NCBI GenBank assembly: GCA_002269645.1 | Contig: NIVC01000677.1 | Location: forward strand, 464,940 to 528,939 | Source of the DNA: Macrostomum lignano | Taxonomy: Eukaryota | Direction: 5' to 3' | DNA: 64,000 nt | In this document: piece after piece, positions 1 to 12,042 of the stretch | Position numbering within the stretch: the first letter of the stretch is position 1 | Layout: each line of letters starts with the position of its first letter | Position numbers and translations under genes: made by a program | The notes under the pieces: model-generated | Database searches by the model: none | Seen by the model: only the letters and a program-made list of their open reading frames with translations | What the model was told of the DNA's origin: nothing

Positions 1-1053
1 ATCACTGCTGCTATCCATAAAGGCTTTGATAGTAAAGAGGCTACTCGATCGCGCCCTAGATCTCATTTTAGCTCGTAATTTGCTCTTTATAACCAAGCAC
101 AGGGATGTATTTCGATGACGTGGAACTGAATTTTCTGGAACTGTGTCTATGGTCGAATTGGGCAGTTATGGCCATAGACAGTTGGGCATTGGGGACAGAA
201 AGTTTTGCAGGAACTTCGGCTAATTTTGCCAAAATTCATGCAAACATTCCAGCTCTGTTATATTTGATACTGTTGAATTGTGACTAAGTGACCTCCGATC
301 TGCAAGATTTTGCCCTTGAAATATCTAGAATTAAAATTTCAGCCATATCTTTGAATTCTTGCACACCTCAGTTAACGAATAATTTCCCATAGGTTAATCC
401 ATCAGTCCGTTTGTCATCCCATAATTCAAGCACAATGCCGAGGTACTTTACGATCTAGATGTCAATATAAAGTAAGACACCCTTTTCACTTTTCAATGCA
501 ACCATACTGATGTCACCTGACTAAGCACACTCATACTTGATACTCAGAAAAACCGAAACCTATGCTTTAAATACAGTTTTGCTGTAATTTACTGCTTAGC
601 TACTTTCAGTAGCCAATAAGTGCACGGTTGCCCGACCAAGCAACAAAAAAGCAAAAGTGTAAAACTAAACCGTCGAAAGATGACCGACTGACAAACAGAA
701 TATGACTGGGAAAGCAGAAGCAAACACAAATTACAGAAAGGACACCGGGACACCCTGCGGCTGTGGAGACTGGCAGACCGCAGACAGACAGCAGAGGGTG
801 AGGGGGGGGGGGCAGCAGCTCCAGCCGGCAGTGCAAATATGAAACGAATCTATGAGGCCAGCTTCTCATGATAGGCCAGCAACCAAACACTGCTCTGCAC
901 TCGTGCTGCGCGTGAGAGCCATGCAGAGCCCTCAGCCCGCAAACAGAGCCCGCCACTTGCAGTGCGATCTGCACAGAGTTAAAAGGGCAAACACCAGCTC
1001 GATGGGAGGGAAGGTGCAGCTTAGCGAAGTTCGACCCGGTTTCTGCCCAGGCA

Positions 1054-3325
1054 ATGTCGTCGGCCTTAGCGAGCGCTCGCAGCCGCCGCAGTCGCAGCGC
1101 CTCGGCCTTGGCCTCGCGTCAACGTCGTCGAGTCTTTGAAATCCGGCGAGACGAATCAACAGGCGGCGGCGTGGATAGCGCAGACCGACGCGGCGACAAA
1201 GGAGGCCCCTCAGAGTCCGCCACGGTGGAGACGGGCAGCGCGCGCTACCGACTGGCAGCGCAGATCGGCGAGGGCGCCTTCGGTCGGACCTACCTGGCCA
1301 GCCGGCTCTCCGCCAAGGACGACACCGCCAACAGCCGCAGACACCGCCAGGTGGTCATCAAGGCGATGAAATTGCCGGATCGCGACGATGGACTTGGCGG
1401 CGGATTCGATCTGCACCGGCGCAGCCTGGCCTCCATGGACATTGTGCGGAGCATCGCCCACGCCGACACCTGCCAGCACCCATTCATCGCCAAGCTGCTG
1501 GATTGGCGCTTTGCCCTGCGGCCGGACGAGGCCCCGCTGGAGGTGTACGAGTATTGCCAGGCCGGCGACGCCCTCGGGCTGCTGGATCACGTGGGTGCCG
1601 CCGACGAACTGCATAGAGAGGCCGTCAACCTGCAGGTCCACGTGCTCTACTTGGGAGTGCAGGTTCGCCTTCTACTCCTGTCTCTCCCTCAAACTCCTGT
1701 CTCTCCCTCAAACTCTTGTCTCTCCCTCACACTCCTGTCTCTCCCCCAAACTCCTGTCTCTCCCTCAAACTCTTGTCTCTCCCTCACACTCCTGTCTCTC
1801 CCTCACACTCCTGTCTCTCCCTCACACTCCTGTCTCTCCCTCAAACTCCTGTCTCTCCCTCAAACTCTTGTCTCTCCCTCACACTCCTGTCTCTCCCTCA
1901 CACTCCTGTCTCTCCCTCAAACTCCTGTCTCTCCCTCCAACTCCTGTCTCTCCCTCAAACTCTTGTCTCTCCCTCACACTCCTGTCTCTCCCTCAAACTC
2001 CTGTCTCTCCCTCAAACTCCTGTCTCTCCCTCACACTCCTGTCTCTCCCTCACACTCCTGTCTCTCCCTCAAACTCCTGTCTCTCCCCCAAACTCCTGTC
2101 TCTCCCTCAAACTCCTGTCTCTCCCTCAAACTCCTGTCTCTCCCTCAAACTCTTGTCTCTCCCTCAAACTCCTGTCTCTCCCCAAACTCCTGTCTCTCCC
2201 TCAAACTCCTGTCTCTCCCTCACACTCCTGTCTCTCCCTCACACTCCTGTCTCTCCCTCAAACTCCTGTCTCTCCCTCACACTCCTGTCTCTCCCTCAAA
2301 CTCCTGTCTCTCCCTCAAACTCCTGTCTCTCCCTCAAACTCTTGTCTCTCCCTCAAACTCCTGTCTCTCCCTCAAACTCCTGTCTCTCCCTCAAACTCCT
2401 GTCTCTCCCTCAAACTCCTGTCTCTCCCTCAAACTCCTGTCTCTCCCTCAAACTCCTGTCTCTCCCCCAAACTCCTGTCTCTCCCTCAAACTCCTGTCTC
2501 TCCCCCAAACTCCTGTCTCTCCCTCAAACTCCTGTCTCTCCCTCAAACTCTTGTCTCTCCCTCAACTCCTGTCTCTCCCTCACACTCCTGTCTCTCCCTT
2601 CGCCCTAGGTGGCGGAGGCCATCAGCTACCTGCACGAGAGCGGCTTCATTCACTTTGATTTGAAGCTGGACAATGTCTTTATCGACGCTCTCGGAGACGC
2701 GAAATTGGGCGACTTCGGCCTCGCCCAGCCCTGCAGACTGGGCGGCCGCCTGCGGAATCCCTACAGCTACTGGCGCTCCTGCCGCGACGCCGCCTCGTTC
2801 ACCGCCGTCCGCTGGGTGCCGCCGGAGCAGCTGACTGAGTCGTCGGCAACTCTAGTGGACCACACGGTGGACTGGTTCAGCCTGGGCGCCCTGCTCTTCC
2901 ACCTGGCCTACAGGCGGCTGCCCTTCGAGGAGCACCGAACTCGAGCCCTAGCCGGTGTCGACGATCTCGACGACGATGGAGCCGGAAAAGAAGAGGACGA
3001 CAATATTAGGAAGAAGCGTCGCTACCTACGACTTTGGCGGGCCGAGCCGCGACCCCGGGTCGACGAGCGGCCCAAACTAAACCAGAGATTCAAGAACCTG
3101 CTGTACAACCTGCTGGCGCACGATCCCAGCCGTCGCCTCGGCGGCTGCGACGCCGTGTTCCAACATTTGCACCGACTTTGCAGCGCCCTCCAGCTAGGCT
3201 GGTTCGACTCGGCCTCTTGCGACGATGTGGACAGAATGCGCCGTCTGGTGCGCAGCCGCGCCATCAGCCGGCCCTACCGGCTGCGCCTCGTGCAGATCGG
3301 CGCCGCGGTGGGCGAATCTCGCTGA
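1054..3325 (+). CDS. Ser/Thr protein kinase, AGC-like, atypical (2 exons: 1054-1662, 2609-3325; ~441 aa)
   Basis: Exon 1 has GEGAFG (Gly loop), VVIKAMK and HPFIAKL. Donor CAG|GTTCGC at 1663 and acceptor CCCTAG|GTG at 2608 are both phase 0 and join VLYLGVQ|VAEAISYLHESGFIHFDLKLDN. DFG, WVPPEQ, VDWFSLG and LLAHDPSRRLG follow. Confidence 0.9.
1672..2597 (+). repeat. 19-nt minisatellite (CTCCTGTCTCTCCCTCAAA) filling the kinase intron
   Basis: Tandem units visible; the 19-aa periodicity of ORFs in all three + frames equals 3x19 nt. Confidence 0.95.
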
Positions 3326-4060
3326 GAATCTCACAGAGTGATGACGCCACTCAGACTCTCATTAAGAATCTCGTTGAGAATCTCATCGAGTGATGACGCC
3401 ACTCAGACTCTCATTAAGAATCTCGCTGAGAATCTCATCGAGTGATGACGCCACTCAGACTCTCATTAAGAATCTCGCTGAAAATCTCATTGAGTGATGA
3501 CGCCACTCAGACTCTCATTAAGAATCTCGTTGAGAATCTCATCGAGTGATGACGCCACTCAGACTCTCATTAAGAATCTCGCTGAGAATCTCATCGAGTG
3601 ATGACGCCACTCAGACTCTCATTAAGAATCTCGCTGAGAATCTCATCGAGTGATGACGCCACTCAGACTCTCATTAAGAATCTCGCTGAAAATCTCATTG
3701 AGTGATGACGCCACTCAGACTCTCATTAAGAATCTCGTTGAGAATCTCATCGAGTGATGACGCCACTCAGACTCTCATTAAGAATCTCGCTGAGAATCTC
3801 ATCGAGTGATGACGCCACTCAGACTCTCATTAAGAATCTCGCTGAAAATCTCATTGAGTGATGACGCCACTCAGACTCTCATTAAGAATCTCGCTGAGAA
3901 TCTCATCGAGTGATGACGCCACTCAGACTCTCATTAAGAATCTCGTTGAGAATCTCATCGAGTGATGACGCCACTCAGACTCTCATTAAGAATCTCGCTG
4001 AGAATCTCATCGAGTGATGTCGCCACTCAGACTCTCATTAAAAATCTCGCTGAAAATCTT
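3313..4060 (+). repeat. 52/53-nt minisatellite (TGAGAATCTCATCGAGTGATGACGCCACTCAGACTCTCATTAAGAATCTCGC) starting at the kinase stop codon
   Basis: About 13 tandem units, decaying into related sequence to ~4200. Confidence 0.95.
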
Positions 4061-4489
4061 CCTCAGAAACCTACTGAGAATTCAATTAAGAATGCTACTA
4101 AAAACTTTCTGGGAATCTCACTGAGAATCTTAATGAAAATTTGAATGAGAAAACCAATGAGAATCTCACTAAGAACCTTTTGAGGGCCATTTATGAGGAT
4201 TTGACAGATCTCAATTAGGGTTAGCGAGCTTCAGAAAAAAGCAACTCAAAAAGCGTCTGATGTAGCAAATTTTATACATAGTTTTCCCAAATCCGACAAT
4301 CAAAAAACATCAAAGCTATGATAACAATTGGCCTTCAAAAGAAACCCACATCTGTTCATTTTCTGTGTTCTGGGGTCCAGTTAGTTGCGTGACGGCCAAA
4401 GCAAAGAACAGCAACAGCCGCTAGTGCCAGGCGGTCATGGGCGGGCAGATCCTTCGATTCCTTGGTCTCTGCATAATTTTTGTTTGAGT

Positions 4490-4829
4490 TTAGTCAGTCG
4501 GAGGCAGGGGAGGGCTGCGTGCACCCTGGCGCACTTTAAGCGACATTGTCACACAACCGGCGAGAGGCATTGCTGCCCATTCCACCGACTCCCCTGAGCA
4601 GGCACACAAGCGCGCGGATACGTACGCAGTCATACGCACAGGCACACACTCACACAGGAGTGTACAGCGGCCTTAACTTTATTTATAGTTGGACATGTAC
4701 ACTTCATTGCTTGTGCAGTGCCAAGCCGAGATTCCAATTTAGCCCCAAATTAATGTGACAGCACTTGGAATCGAGCCTGGGCCGCTGGCACATCGGAGCG
4801 CCGGGCCAGACCACTGGGCTACGGCCTCC
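4490..4829 (-). mobile_element. tRNA-derived SINE, family 2
   Basis: Reverse complement begins GGAGGCCGTAGCCCAGTGGTCTGG (A-box-like) ... GGCTCGATTCC (B-box-like). Collinear and highly similar to 52139-52505 on +. Confidence 0.8.
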
Positions 4830-5139
4830 GTTTCTGTACAGTAACTTAAATGTTTTTAATATACGGTAACATTTTTTGTTTTTTTTCAAGCGCCATTCGA
4901 TTTTTAAAGTGTAACAGGCTTGTATTTTGTGATGGATAAATCTTATAAAATAAACTTGTAGTCTCTCGTACACGTACTCGCAACCTCCGAATACTTTTTT
5001 GACCACTTTTAATGTTAACGCACTCTGTGTGATTTTTAGAAACCTACATGTACAGATACGCTTCTATTAGTATTTTTTTAAATTTAGCACTACAGCCAAT
5101 TTGTTGGCTTGGATCAGGAGCTTTGGGCGCTGCCACAGA

Positions 5140-5340
5140 TCAAGGCGACAGCTGGCCCGCAGCCAGCGAGCAAGCAAGCAAGTAGTCAGGCCCATTCCGC
5201 TGGCACCTGAGCACACGCAGGCTCACGGATACGTTTGCAGGCACACGCCCACACAGGGTGTACAGCAGCCCTGACTTTCGCATCGAAGGGCATCGTGTAC
5301 ACTCTCTGTGTGACTTTAGGATTGGCCTTCATGATGTACA
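5140..5340 (-). mobile_element. Partial/older SINE family-2-related copy (central domain)
   Basis: Shares CACACAGGGTGTAC..GCCCTGACTTT...CGTGTACACT with 22835-22995 and the core of 4490-4829. Confidence 0.55.
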
Positions 5341-5675
5341 ACGAACTCAGGTTGCAAATAACTCGGGTTGCAAAGAACTCGGGTTGCAAAGAACTCGGGT
5401 TGCAAAGAACTCGGGTTGCAAAGAACTCGGGTTGCAAAGAACTCGGGTTGCAAAGAACTCAGGTTGCAAAGAACTCGGGTTGCAAAGAACTCGGGTTGCA
5501 AAGAACTCGGGTTGCAAAGAACTCAGGTTGCAAAGAACTCGGGTTGCAAAGAACTCGGGTTGCAAAGAACTCGGGTTGCAAAGAACTCGGGTTGCAAAGA
5601 ACTCGGGTTGCAACGAACTCAGGTTGCAAAGAACTCGGGTTGCAAAGAACTCGGGTTTCAAAGAACTCGGGTTAA
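5341..5675 (+). repeat. 16-nt minisatellite (GGGTTGCAAAGAACTC)
   Basis: About 20 tandem units. Confidence 0.95.
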
Positions 5676-5827
5676 CAAAGGGCCTGTCATTTTGAGTTCG
5701 ACAAAAATGTATTAGTCGGATGTCTTTGCCTTAATTTAGCTTCACTGACAGCTCTGACTCATGAAAGTTTTTTAATCAGACTGACACATTAGAAAGTTGA
5801 TTACTGTACTGAAAAAGCGTTTTAATA

Positions 5828-5841
5828 GTTGCCATGGAAGC
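5828..5841 (+). promoter_or_regulatory. X-box-like (RFX) motif GTTGCCATGGAAGC
   Basis: One mismatch to GTTGCCATGGAAAC, ~235 bp upstream of the ATG at 6076. Confidence 0.3.
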
Positions 5842-6075
5842 TCTTATCTCAGTGTGTCGAAGCTAAACCAATTGATTTAAGTAAAGCAAAATCTAGCAGA
5901 TCTCAACTTTAGGCTGCTCCGAATTTCAGATATCTTATCGCCGACTACAGGGGGGGGGGGTGGGTCAGAGACCCTCGAATTGCACTATTTAACCACTAGC
6001 GGACTGCAGCAGTACCAAAGTTAAACAAAATCTGAACCCAATAATTGCTAATTCACCCGGGAAAGATCAGCAATT

Positions 6076-7565
6076 ATGCAGTCTGCTTTGTTCAACACTC
6101 TGCTGCTCTCTCTGTGCGCTCTCTGCCTCGCTAGCAGGCCGGCTGTCGGGAAGCAGGGAGTCAACACTGACATCCAGCAGGCGGAGTCAACCTGCCTGCC
6201 AGAGATGCCACCGGGGTCTGACCCCCCTGACAGCTCGGCCCCCGACCTGCTACTGCAGATGCACCAGTGGGTGTGGATTGAGAACATGACGGATCCCAGC
6301 TGGGCGCCCAGGAGCGAGCAAAATATGCATTCATATTATTTTCTTCGTCAAGGCCAAATTGTGAACGCTTCTATTAGTTTAATTGCGCTTTCTAACAGCG
6401 TGGTAAGTGTCCTTTTGATATTGGCTAATGGTTATACGCTCGTAGAAGGGGGCATAGATTTGACAGAGAGGCTATAGAGCCATAGGCCATAGAGGGAGAG
6501 GCCATACAGATAGAGAAACCAAAGAGATAGAGTAGCCATAGAAAAGGAGAGGCCATAGAAAAGGAGAGGCCATAGAAAAGGAGAGGCCATAGAAAAGGAG
6601 AGGCCATAGAAAAGGAGAGGCCATAGAAAAGGAGAGGCCATAGACTCATAGAGATAGTAATAGGCCAAAGAGAGGCCATAGAGATCAGAGAGAGGGCCAT
6701 ATGGATTGAGAGAAGTCACAAAGCTGAACAGAGGCCATAGGGATGGAGATAGAACCCGTAGAGATAGATAGAGAGTCCATAAAGGCCATAGAGATAGGGA
6801 GACCACAGAGAGATGCTCTATTTTCTCCTCTCTCTCTCTCTCAGCCCCCCGCCAGTCCATAAAAGGACAGTGAGGAGCAGAAATAAGAAAAGTTTCTGAC
6901 CTAATCAATCAAAGTGGAAAGCATTGAATACGTATTCCAACATCCGTTTAACTTTCCAGTCAGTCAGAGTCGGAATTCTGACCAACGGCAAGACGTTGTG
7001 CATGTCAGCCATGACTCTCACCAGAAACGAGACCAACAATGGCACCGAGCAGAGCCTGTCCTGCAACAAGGTCTGCTTTGCCAACATTACCAGCCATGGC
7101 AAGCCCATGAATTTGCCGATTCTGGTGCGCAATCAGGAGCGGATTTTGAGAAGATTGACGGAGTACCTGGTCGTGGACAGCCTGGACCCGAGAGAGCGAG
7201 ACTCGTATAAGTGTCTGGGCCTGTTCACCAACCGATTGCTCATTGATCTGCCCCGCCTCAACAACTACCGACAGTGCCCGGCCGGCGACATGTGCCTGTT
7301 TAACTACGACGGCTCCGTGATCGATGCCGGATGCAAGAGCAGCTTCCGGTTTGACTGGTGCGTCGGCAACTTCAGCCTGTGCGACTACAGCAGCGGCCGA
7401 GACTGCCCGATCTGCTGCCGCGGCGACTACTGCAACCGGGCGGTGGCCAATGAGATCTACCGGCTGAATCGGGGCATCGCCGACTGCAGCGCCTCCTTAC
7501 TGACTGTATTGACGGCCGCCGCGACGGTGCTGAGTCTGCTGCGACTGCGACAATCCGAGCTGTGA
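6076..7565 (+). CDS. Secreted, probably GPI-anchored Ly6/uPAR (LU, three-finger)-like protein (exons 6076-6402, 6960-7565; ~310 aa)
   Basis: Signal peptide MQSALFNTLLLSLCALCLAS. Phase-0 donor GTG|GTAAGT at 6403 and acceptor TTCCAG|TCA at 6959. C-terminal 10-Cys module ending CCRGDYCN, followed by a hydrophobic tail (LLTVLTAAATVLSLL). Confidence 0.8.
6470..6810 (+). repeat. 17-nt minisatellite (GAGAGGCCATAGAAAAG) in the LU-gene intron
   Basis: Perfect core 6530-6640 with degenerate flanks. Confidence 0.9.
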
Positions 7566-7799
7566 CCCACTGGATCCAAGGATTCTTCTTTGGGAAACTC
7601 GTGTTTGGCTAATTTATGCCGTTTGACGCGACGTGTGCAAAATTCTTTTATTTAAAAAGGCCCTTCTTTGAAAGTCTGGAATCAGAATACTTTTTATAAA
7701 TCCATAGACATGCTGTTTCTTAAATAATAAAATTTTATATGCAAAAAATCTGGTTGCAAAAGCTTCTTAGATAGGACTTGACGATATAATTTGTTTGTT

Positions 7800-8090
7800 T
7801 GTTGTGGTGAAAGTCAGGTGTGGAGGCACACTCAGTCTCAGGTGTGTGCGTGTGTGCGTGTGTGTGTGTGTGTGCATCTTCCCTGACTTTCTCAGCCTCA
7901 AATGGTGCACATGATTCGCGCCTGACGAAGGCTGGTCCTCATAAGTATCCTTTGTAAATCCCCAAGCACAACCCACATGCCTTCATTCTAAATCAATGTG
8001 ACCGCACCCAAGGAATCGAACTCAAGAGCTTTGATGCAAACTTCACTCTTGCCTCATCCGCTTGTGTGCTAGGCGTCGAGCTGTAGCAAT
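7800..8090 (-). mobile_element. Degenerate SINE family-2-related copy
   Basis: Minus strand has GAGTTCGATTCC..GTGCGGTCACATT (head as in family 2), then TGAGGACC...AAAGTCAGGG (central domain as in 22835-22995). Confidence 0.5.
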
Positions 8091-8429
8091 GCACAACTCT
8101 TGTTTTTGTCTAACTACGGCATCAATACGAGCTGGATGTGTAAGAAGACACTGACTCCGTCTTATCGCTATATTCCCTTTTGTGATGCCTCTGTAGTCTT
8201 ATCCTTATCCGCATTGTCCTTTGAAGCTGCGGCTGTGTCGCGTGCCTCGTACGCCACTCACTGACACACACAGTGTAGTAGATGAGAAATATTCGAGTTG
8301 ACTGCGGGGCATGATGCTGGCTCAATGAAAGGCTGCTATGGATGCAGTATGCATCGCTTTTTGGCGATCTAACAAAACCAGACTTCATATGCTGCCCATA
8401 CAAACCAGCACGAGAGATGTTTAGAAAGC

Positions 8430-8730
8430 ATGGCCATAGACTACGCCCGTATAAGCCATAGACTACGCCCGTATAAGCCATAGACTACGCCCGTATAAGC
8501 CATAGACTACGCCCGTATAAGCCATAGACTACGCCCGTATAAGCCATAGACTACGCCCGTATAAGCCATAGACTACGTCCGTATAAGCCATTGACTAGGC
8601 CCGTGTAAGCCATTGACTACGCCCGTGTAAGCCATTGACTACGCCCGTGTAAGCCATTGACTACGCCCGTGTAAGCAATAGACTACGCCCGTATAAGCCA
8701 TGGACTACGCCCGTATAAGCCATGGACTAT
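8430..8730 (+). repeat. 22-nt minisatellite (GCCATAGACTACGCCCGTATAA)
   Basis: About 13 tandem units. Confidence 0.95.
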
Positions 8731-9855
8731 ACGACGTAAATGGAGAATCAAACTGAGCCGCAGCCTTTCAATACAAGAACGAGTCCCTCAGCCTGTCTCT
8801 ATTTCAATCTGAAGCATGTGAGCTTCAATTGCACACTGACACTGTTATGGCTCCACCGATTCCAACAGAAGACCACCAACACCAAATCAACCAGTCAATA
8901 TCGGATCATCATTTCTAGCTAAACGCAAATATATGAGTTTCTTTCCATTCAGTCTCGTTCTGGTTTGTATGGGGAGCATATGAAGTCTCATTTAGGTTGG
9001 CAAAAGCGATACTATTCCTTGATATCTGCTCTGAATGGTTGGAGTATTAGCTTGCAATCTTGGATCTTGAGCAGTGCCCCCAAGCCACACTAAATAGCCG
9101 CTTGTTATCGATTAGAAACTGGACACTTGACAACAGATATATGGGTATTGTTTGTATAAGATATTCGAGAACCCCCTCCAAGGTTTCTGCTAAGCTGCCC
9201 TTGGTTAATTTTTTTTCTTTTCCCCAGATGGCACTACAACACAAAATGTGCTTTTTACTTTACTAGTTCCTACTCTGCATCTTCAGCTAGAGATGTCGCT
9301 AACTCAGTACAAGCTAACGCATTTTCCGCTAGTGGCGTAAGTTAAGAAGACTTGACCATGGTTAGTACGCATCTGAATACGTTTGAGCGAGCAATAAAGC
9401 TGAGCTGAAATACAATGTTGCAGCTGCAACCCCCAAGCTTGTCAGACACATTTCAACATCTAAATTTCTTAGACTTTTTTTCACAGCACAGCCCAAACAA
9501 TTGACTTTCCACACACAGTTGAATAAACTTTTGCGACTTTTGCAAAACATGCTTTATGATGAATTTCAGTTCTTTAAGTTTTGCAGCAGAGCGGGCGTAC
9601 CGGATGTGGTGGAACGAAAAAGAGACGGAGTCAGCATCAATCAGAAAGACTTCGATCTCCAGCATGGGTGGGCGGTCCGATTTTGCCTCTGCGGTCCGAA
9701 AGCCACCGAGTCCAACTAATGGAATGCACTTTTAATGTTGCGTTTTTTCTCACGGCCGTCTGTGATCTGTCATTCATGGGCGTCTTACAGAAATTTTTGT
9801 CAGCTGAAGGGTTTTAGCAGAGGGTAGAGGCGACAAGATTAGAAGAGAACAATGG

Positions 9856-10150
9856 AGGAGAGAGGAGAGGAGAGGAGAGGAGAGGAGAGGAGAGGAGAGG
9901 AGAGGAGAGGAGAGGAGAGGAGAGGAGAGGAGAGGAGAGGAGAGGAGAGGAGAGGAGAGGAGAGGAGAGGAGAGGAGAGGAGAGGAGAGGAGAGGAGAGG
10001 AGAGGAGAGGAGAGGAGAGGAGAGGAGAGGAGAGGAGAGGAGAGGAGAGGAGAGGAGAGGAGAGGAGAGGAGAGGAGAGGAGAGGAGAGGAGAGGAGAGG
10101 AGAGGAGAGGAGAGGAGAGGAGAGGAGAGGAGAGGAGAGGAGAGGAGGAG
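9856..10150 (+). repeat. (GAGAG)n pentanucleotide microsatellite
   Basis: About 58 perfect units. Confidence 0.98.
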
Positions 10151-10675
10151 AGGCGAGAATGACTAAGCAGCGAAAGCCAAGTGAAAAGCAACTCTTGCTG
10201 CCCCTTTTGGCCAAGAGAAACATGCTGTCCGACTGGAACTGCAGCCGCCCCGAATCGGCAGCGCTATTGCAAACATGCTATCCATGCTATCGAATTCCGT
10301 CATTCGCAGGCCCCGGGGGGCGGAGAGGAAATTAGCGAGATGTGCTTCATACGCAGTCACTTCGCAAAAAATAAGGAATGGACAACAAACCAGAAGAGAG
10401 GGAGGCGGAAACCTAAACAGTAAGTAATGAAAGCGGGGCACATCCGTGTCTGCATGTTTGCCCAATGCAGAACTATTCTTGTTTTTTTCCAAGGCTTTTT
10501 GAAACGAAAGGCCAGAAAACAGCTGTGACAGTCTTCCATCTTTTGTCTGGCTTTGGATTCTAATATAAGGAGTCTGGGTGAGCGATTTACCTTTTTTGCA
10601 AATTCAGTTGCGGTAAAGTACAAATTTATCTAAGCAATATCTGATATGGGATTCGTGTCTTGTAGTAGCCTTAAG

Positions 10676-11132
10676 AATGGAGAAGCAGATTCAGGCAATG
10701 AAGCAGTGGAGAGGCAGATTCAAGCAATGGAGCAGCGGAGAAGCAGATTCAATCAATGAAGCAGCGGAGAAGCAGATTCAAGCAATGGAGCAGCGGAGAA
10801 GCAGATTCAAGCAATGGAGCAGCGGAGAAGCAGATTCAAGCAATGGAGCAGCGGAGAAGCAGATTCAAGCAATGGAGCAGCGGAGAAGCAGATTCAAGCA
10901 ATGAAGCAGCGGAGAAGCAGATTCAAGCAATGGAGCAGCGGAGAAGCAGATTCAAGCAATGGAGCAGCGGAGAAGCAGATTCAATCAATGGAGCAGCGGA
11001 GAAGCAGATTCAAGCAATGAAGCAGCGGAGAAGCAGATTCAAGCAATGGAGCAGCGGAGAAGCAGATTCAAGCAATGGAGCAGCGGAGAAGCAGATTCAA
11101 GCAATGAAGCAGCGGAGAAGCAGATTCAAGCA
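10676..11132 (+). repeat. 29-nt minisatellite (GAGAAGCAGATTCAAGCAATGGAGCAGCG)
   Basis: About 15 tandem units. Confidence 0.95.
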
Positions 11133-12042
11133 AAGGCCAACTTTCAAGCGCAACTGATGCCGTGGACTGTCAGTTTCTTTTTTAGTATTTTTACCGACAA
11201 GATTTGATAATACTGGCTTTCCATCAGCTTTCTATTGAAGTACTTTCGCGTGCAGATGCCTGTTCAGTAGCAAAATAATTCCCAGGAAGTACTCTAGAAG
11301 CAGATTCAGTCGTGACACGGACGTTTCAGACCTTCAGTAGGTGAGTTTCCGATTGAAGTAAAAAAGGATTGATCTCATTTTCCAATCTCTCATATAGCGA
11401 CTTCAAGAAGACAGGAGAAATTCACAGCAGTTTTGCAAGCAAAATTAAAGACTCGCTGTGTGACAAATATAGCCCAGAAATGTAACTAAACAATGCCTAT
11501 TAATCTCTTCTTTGAAGCAGAAAGCCAGACAGAAACTCTCTGCCGCTGCGCTGTTCAAGCAAAAAGCAACTCTCTTCAATTGAGGCCAAACTGAAGCCAG
11601 CTCAGCACAAAGAGATTTAAAAAGGTAAAGAGCAGATGAAAACGTGTCACCCGGAAGTTCCTCGAGGCAGTTAGGGACTGCAGTGCACTCCCCGCAGCCT
11701 TTGCTTCCGCTTGTTGGCTCCGCTCTCCCCCTCCCTTACATCCGCCGTGTTGTAAATCTTCACTTTGGAAACGATTTCCATGCTGCCAGTTTCTCCCAGG
11801 CTTTACTGATCTCCCGGCTCTCGTTGACAGGCGAGGAAGGCTGCCATTTTTTGTACGACGCGTTCAGCCAATCCGTCGCTGTCCAATGAGAGGCTCCAGC
11901 CAGACCAGATCTTCGTCAAGTTCTTCGAAGCCAGATATAAACTCTCGTACTCCCGTTCGAATTCGCAGCTCAGCAATAATTTTATAATATTCCCTAATAG
12001 TCACATGCATCACTGATCCTCAGATCCCGCCGCGCTGCCGCC

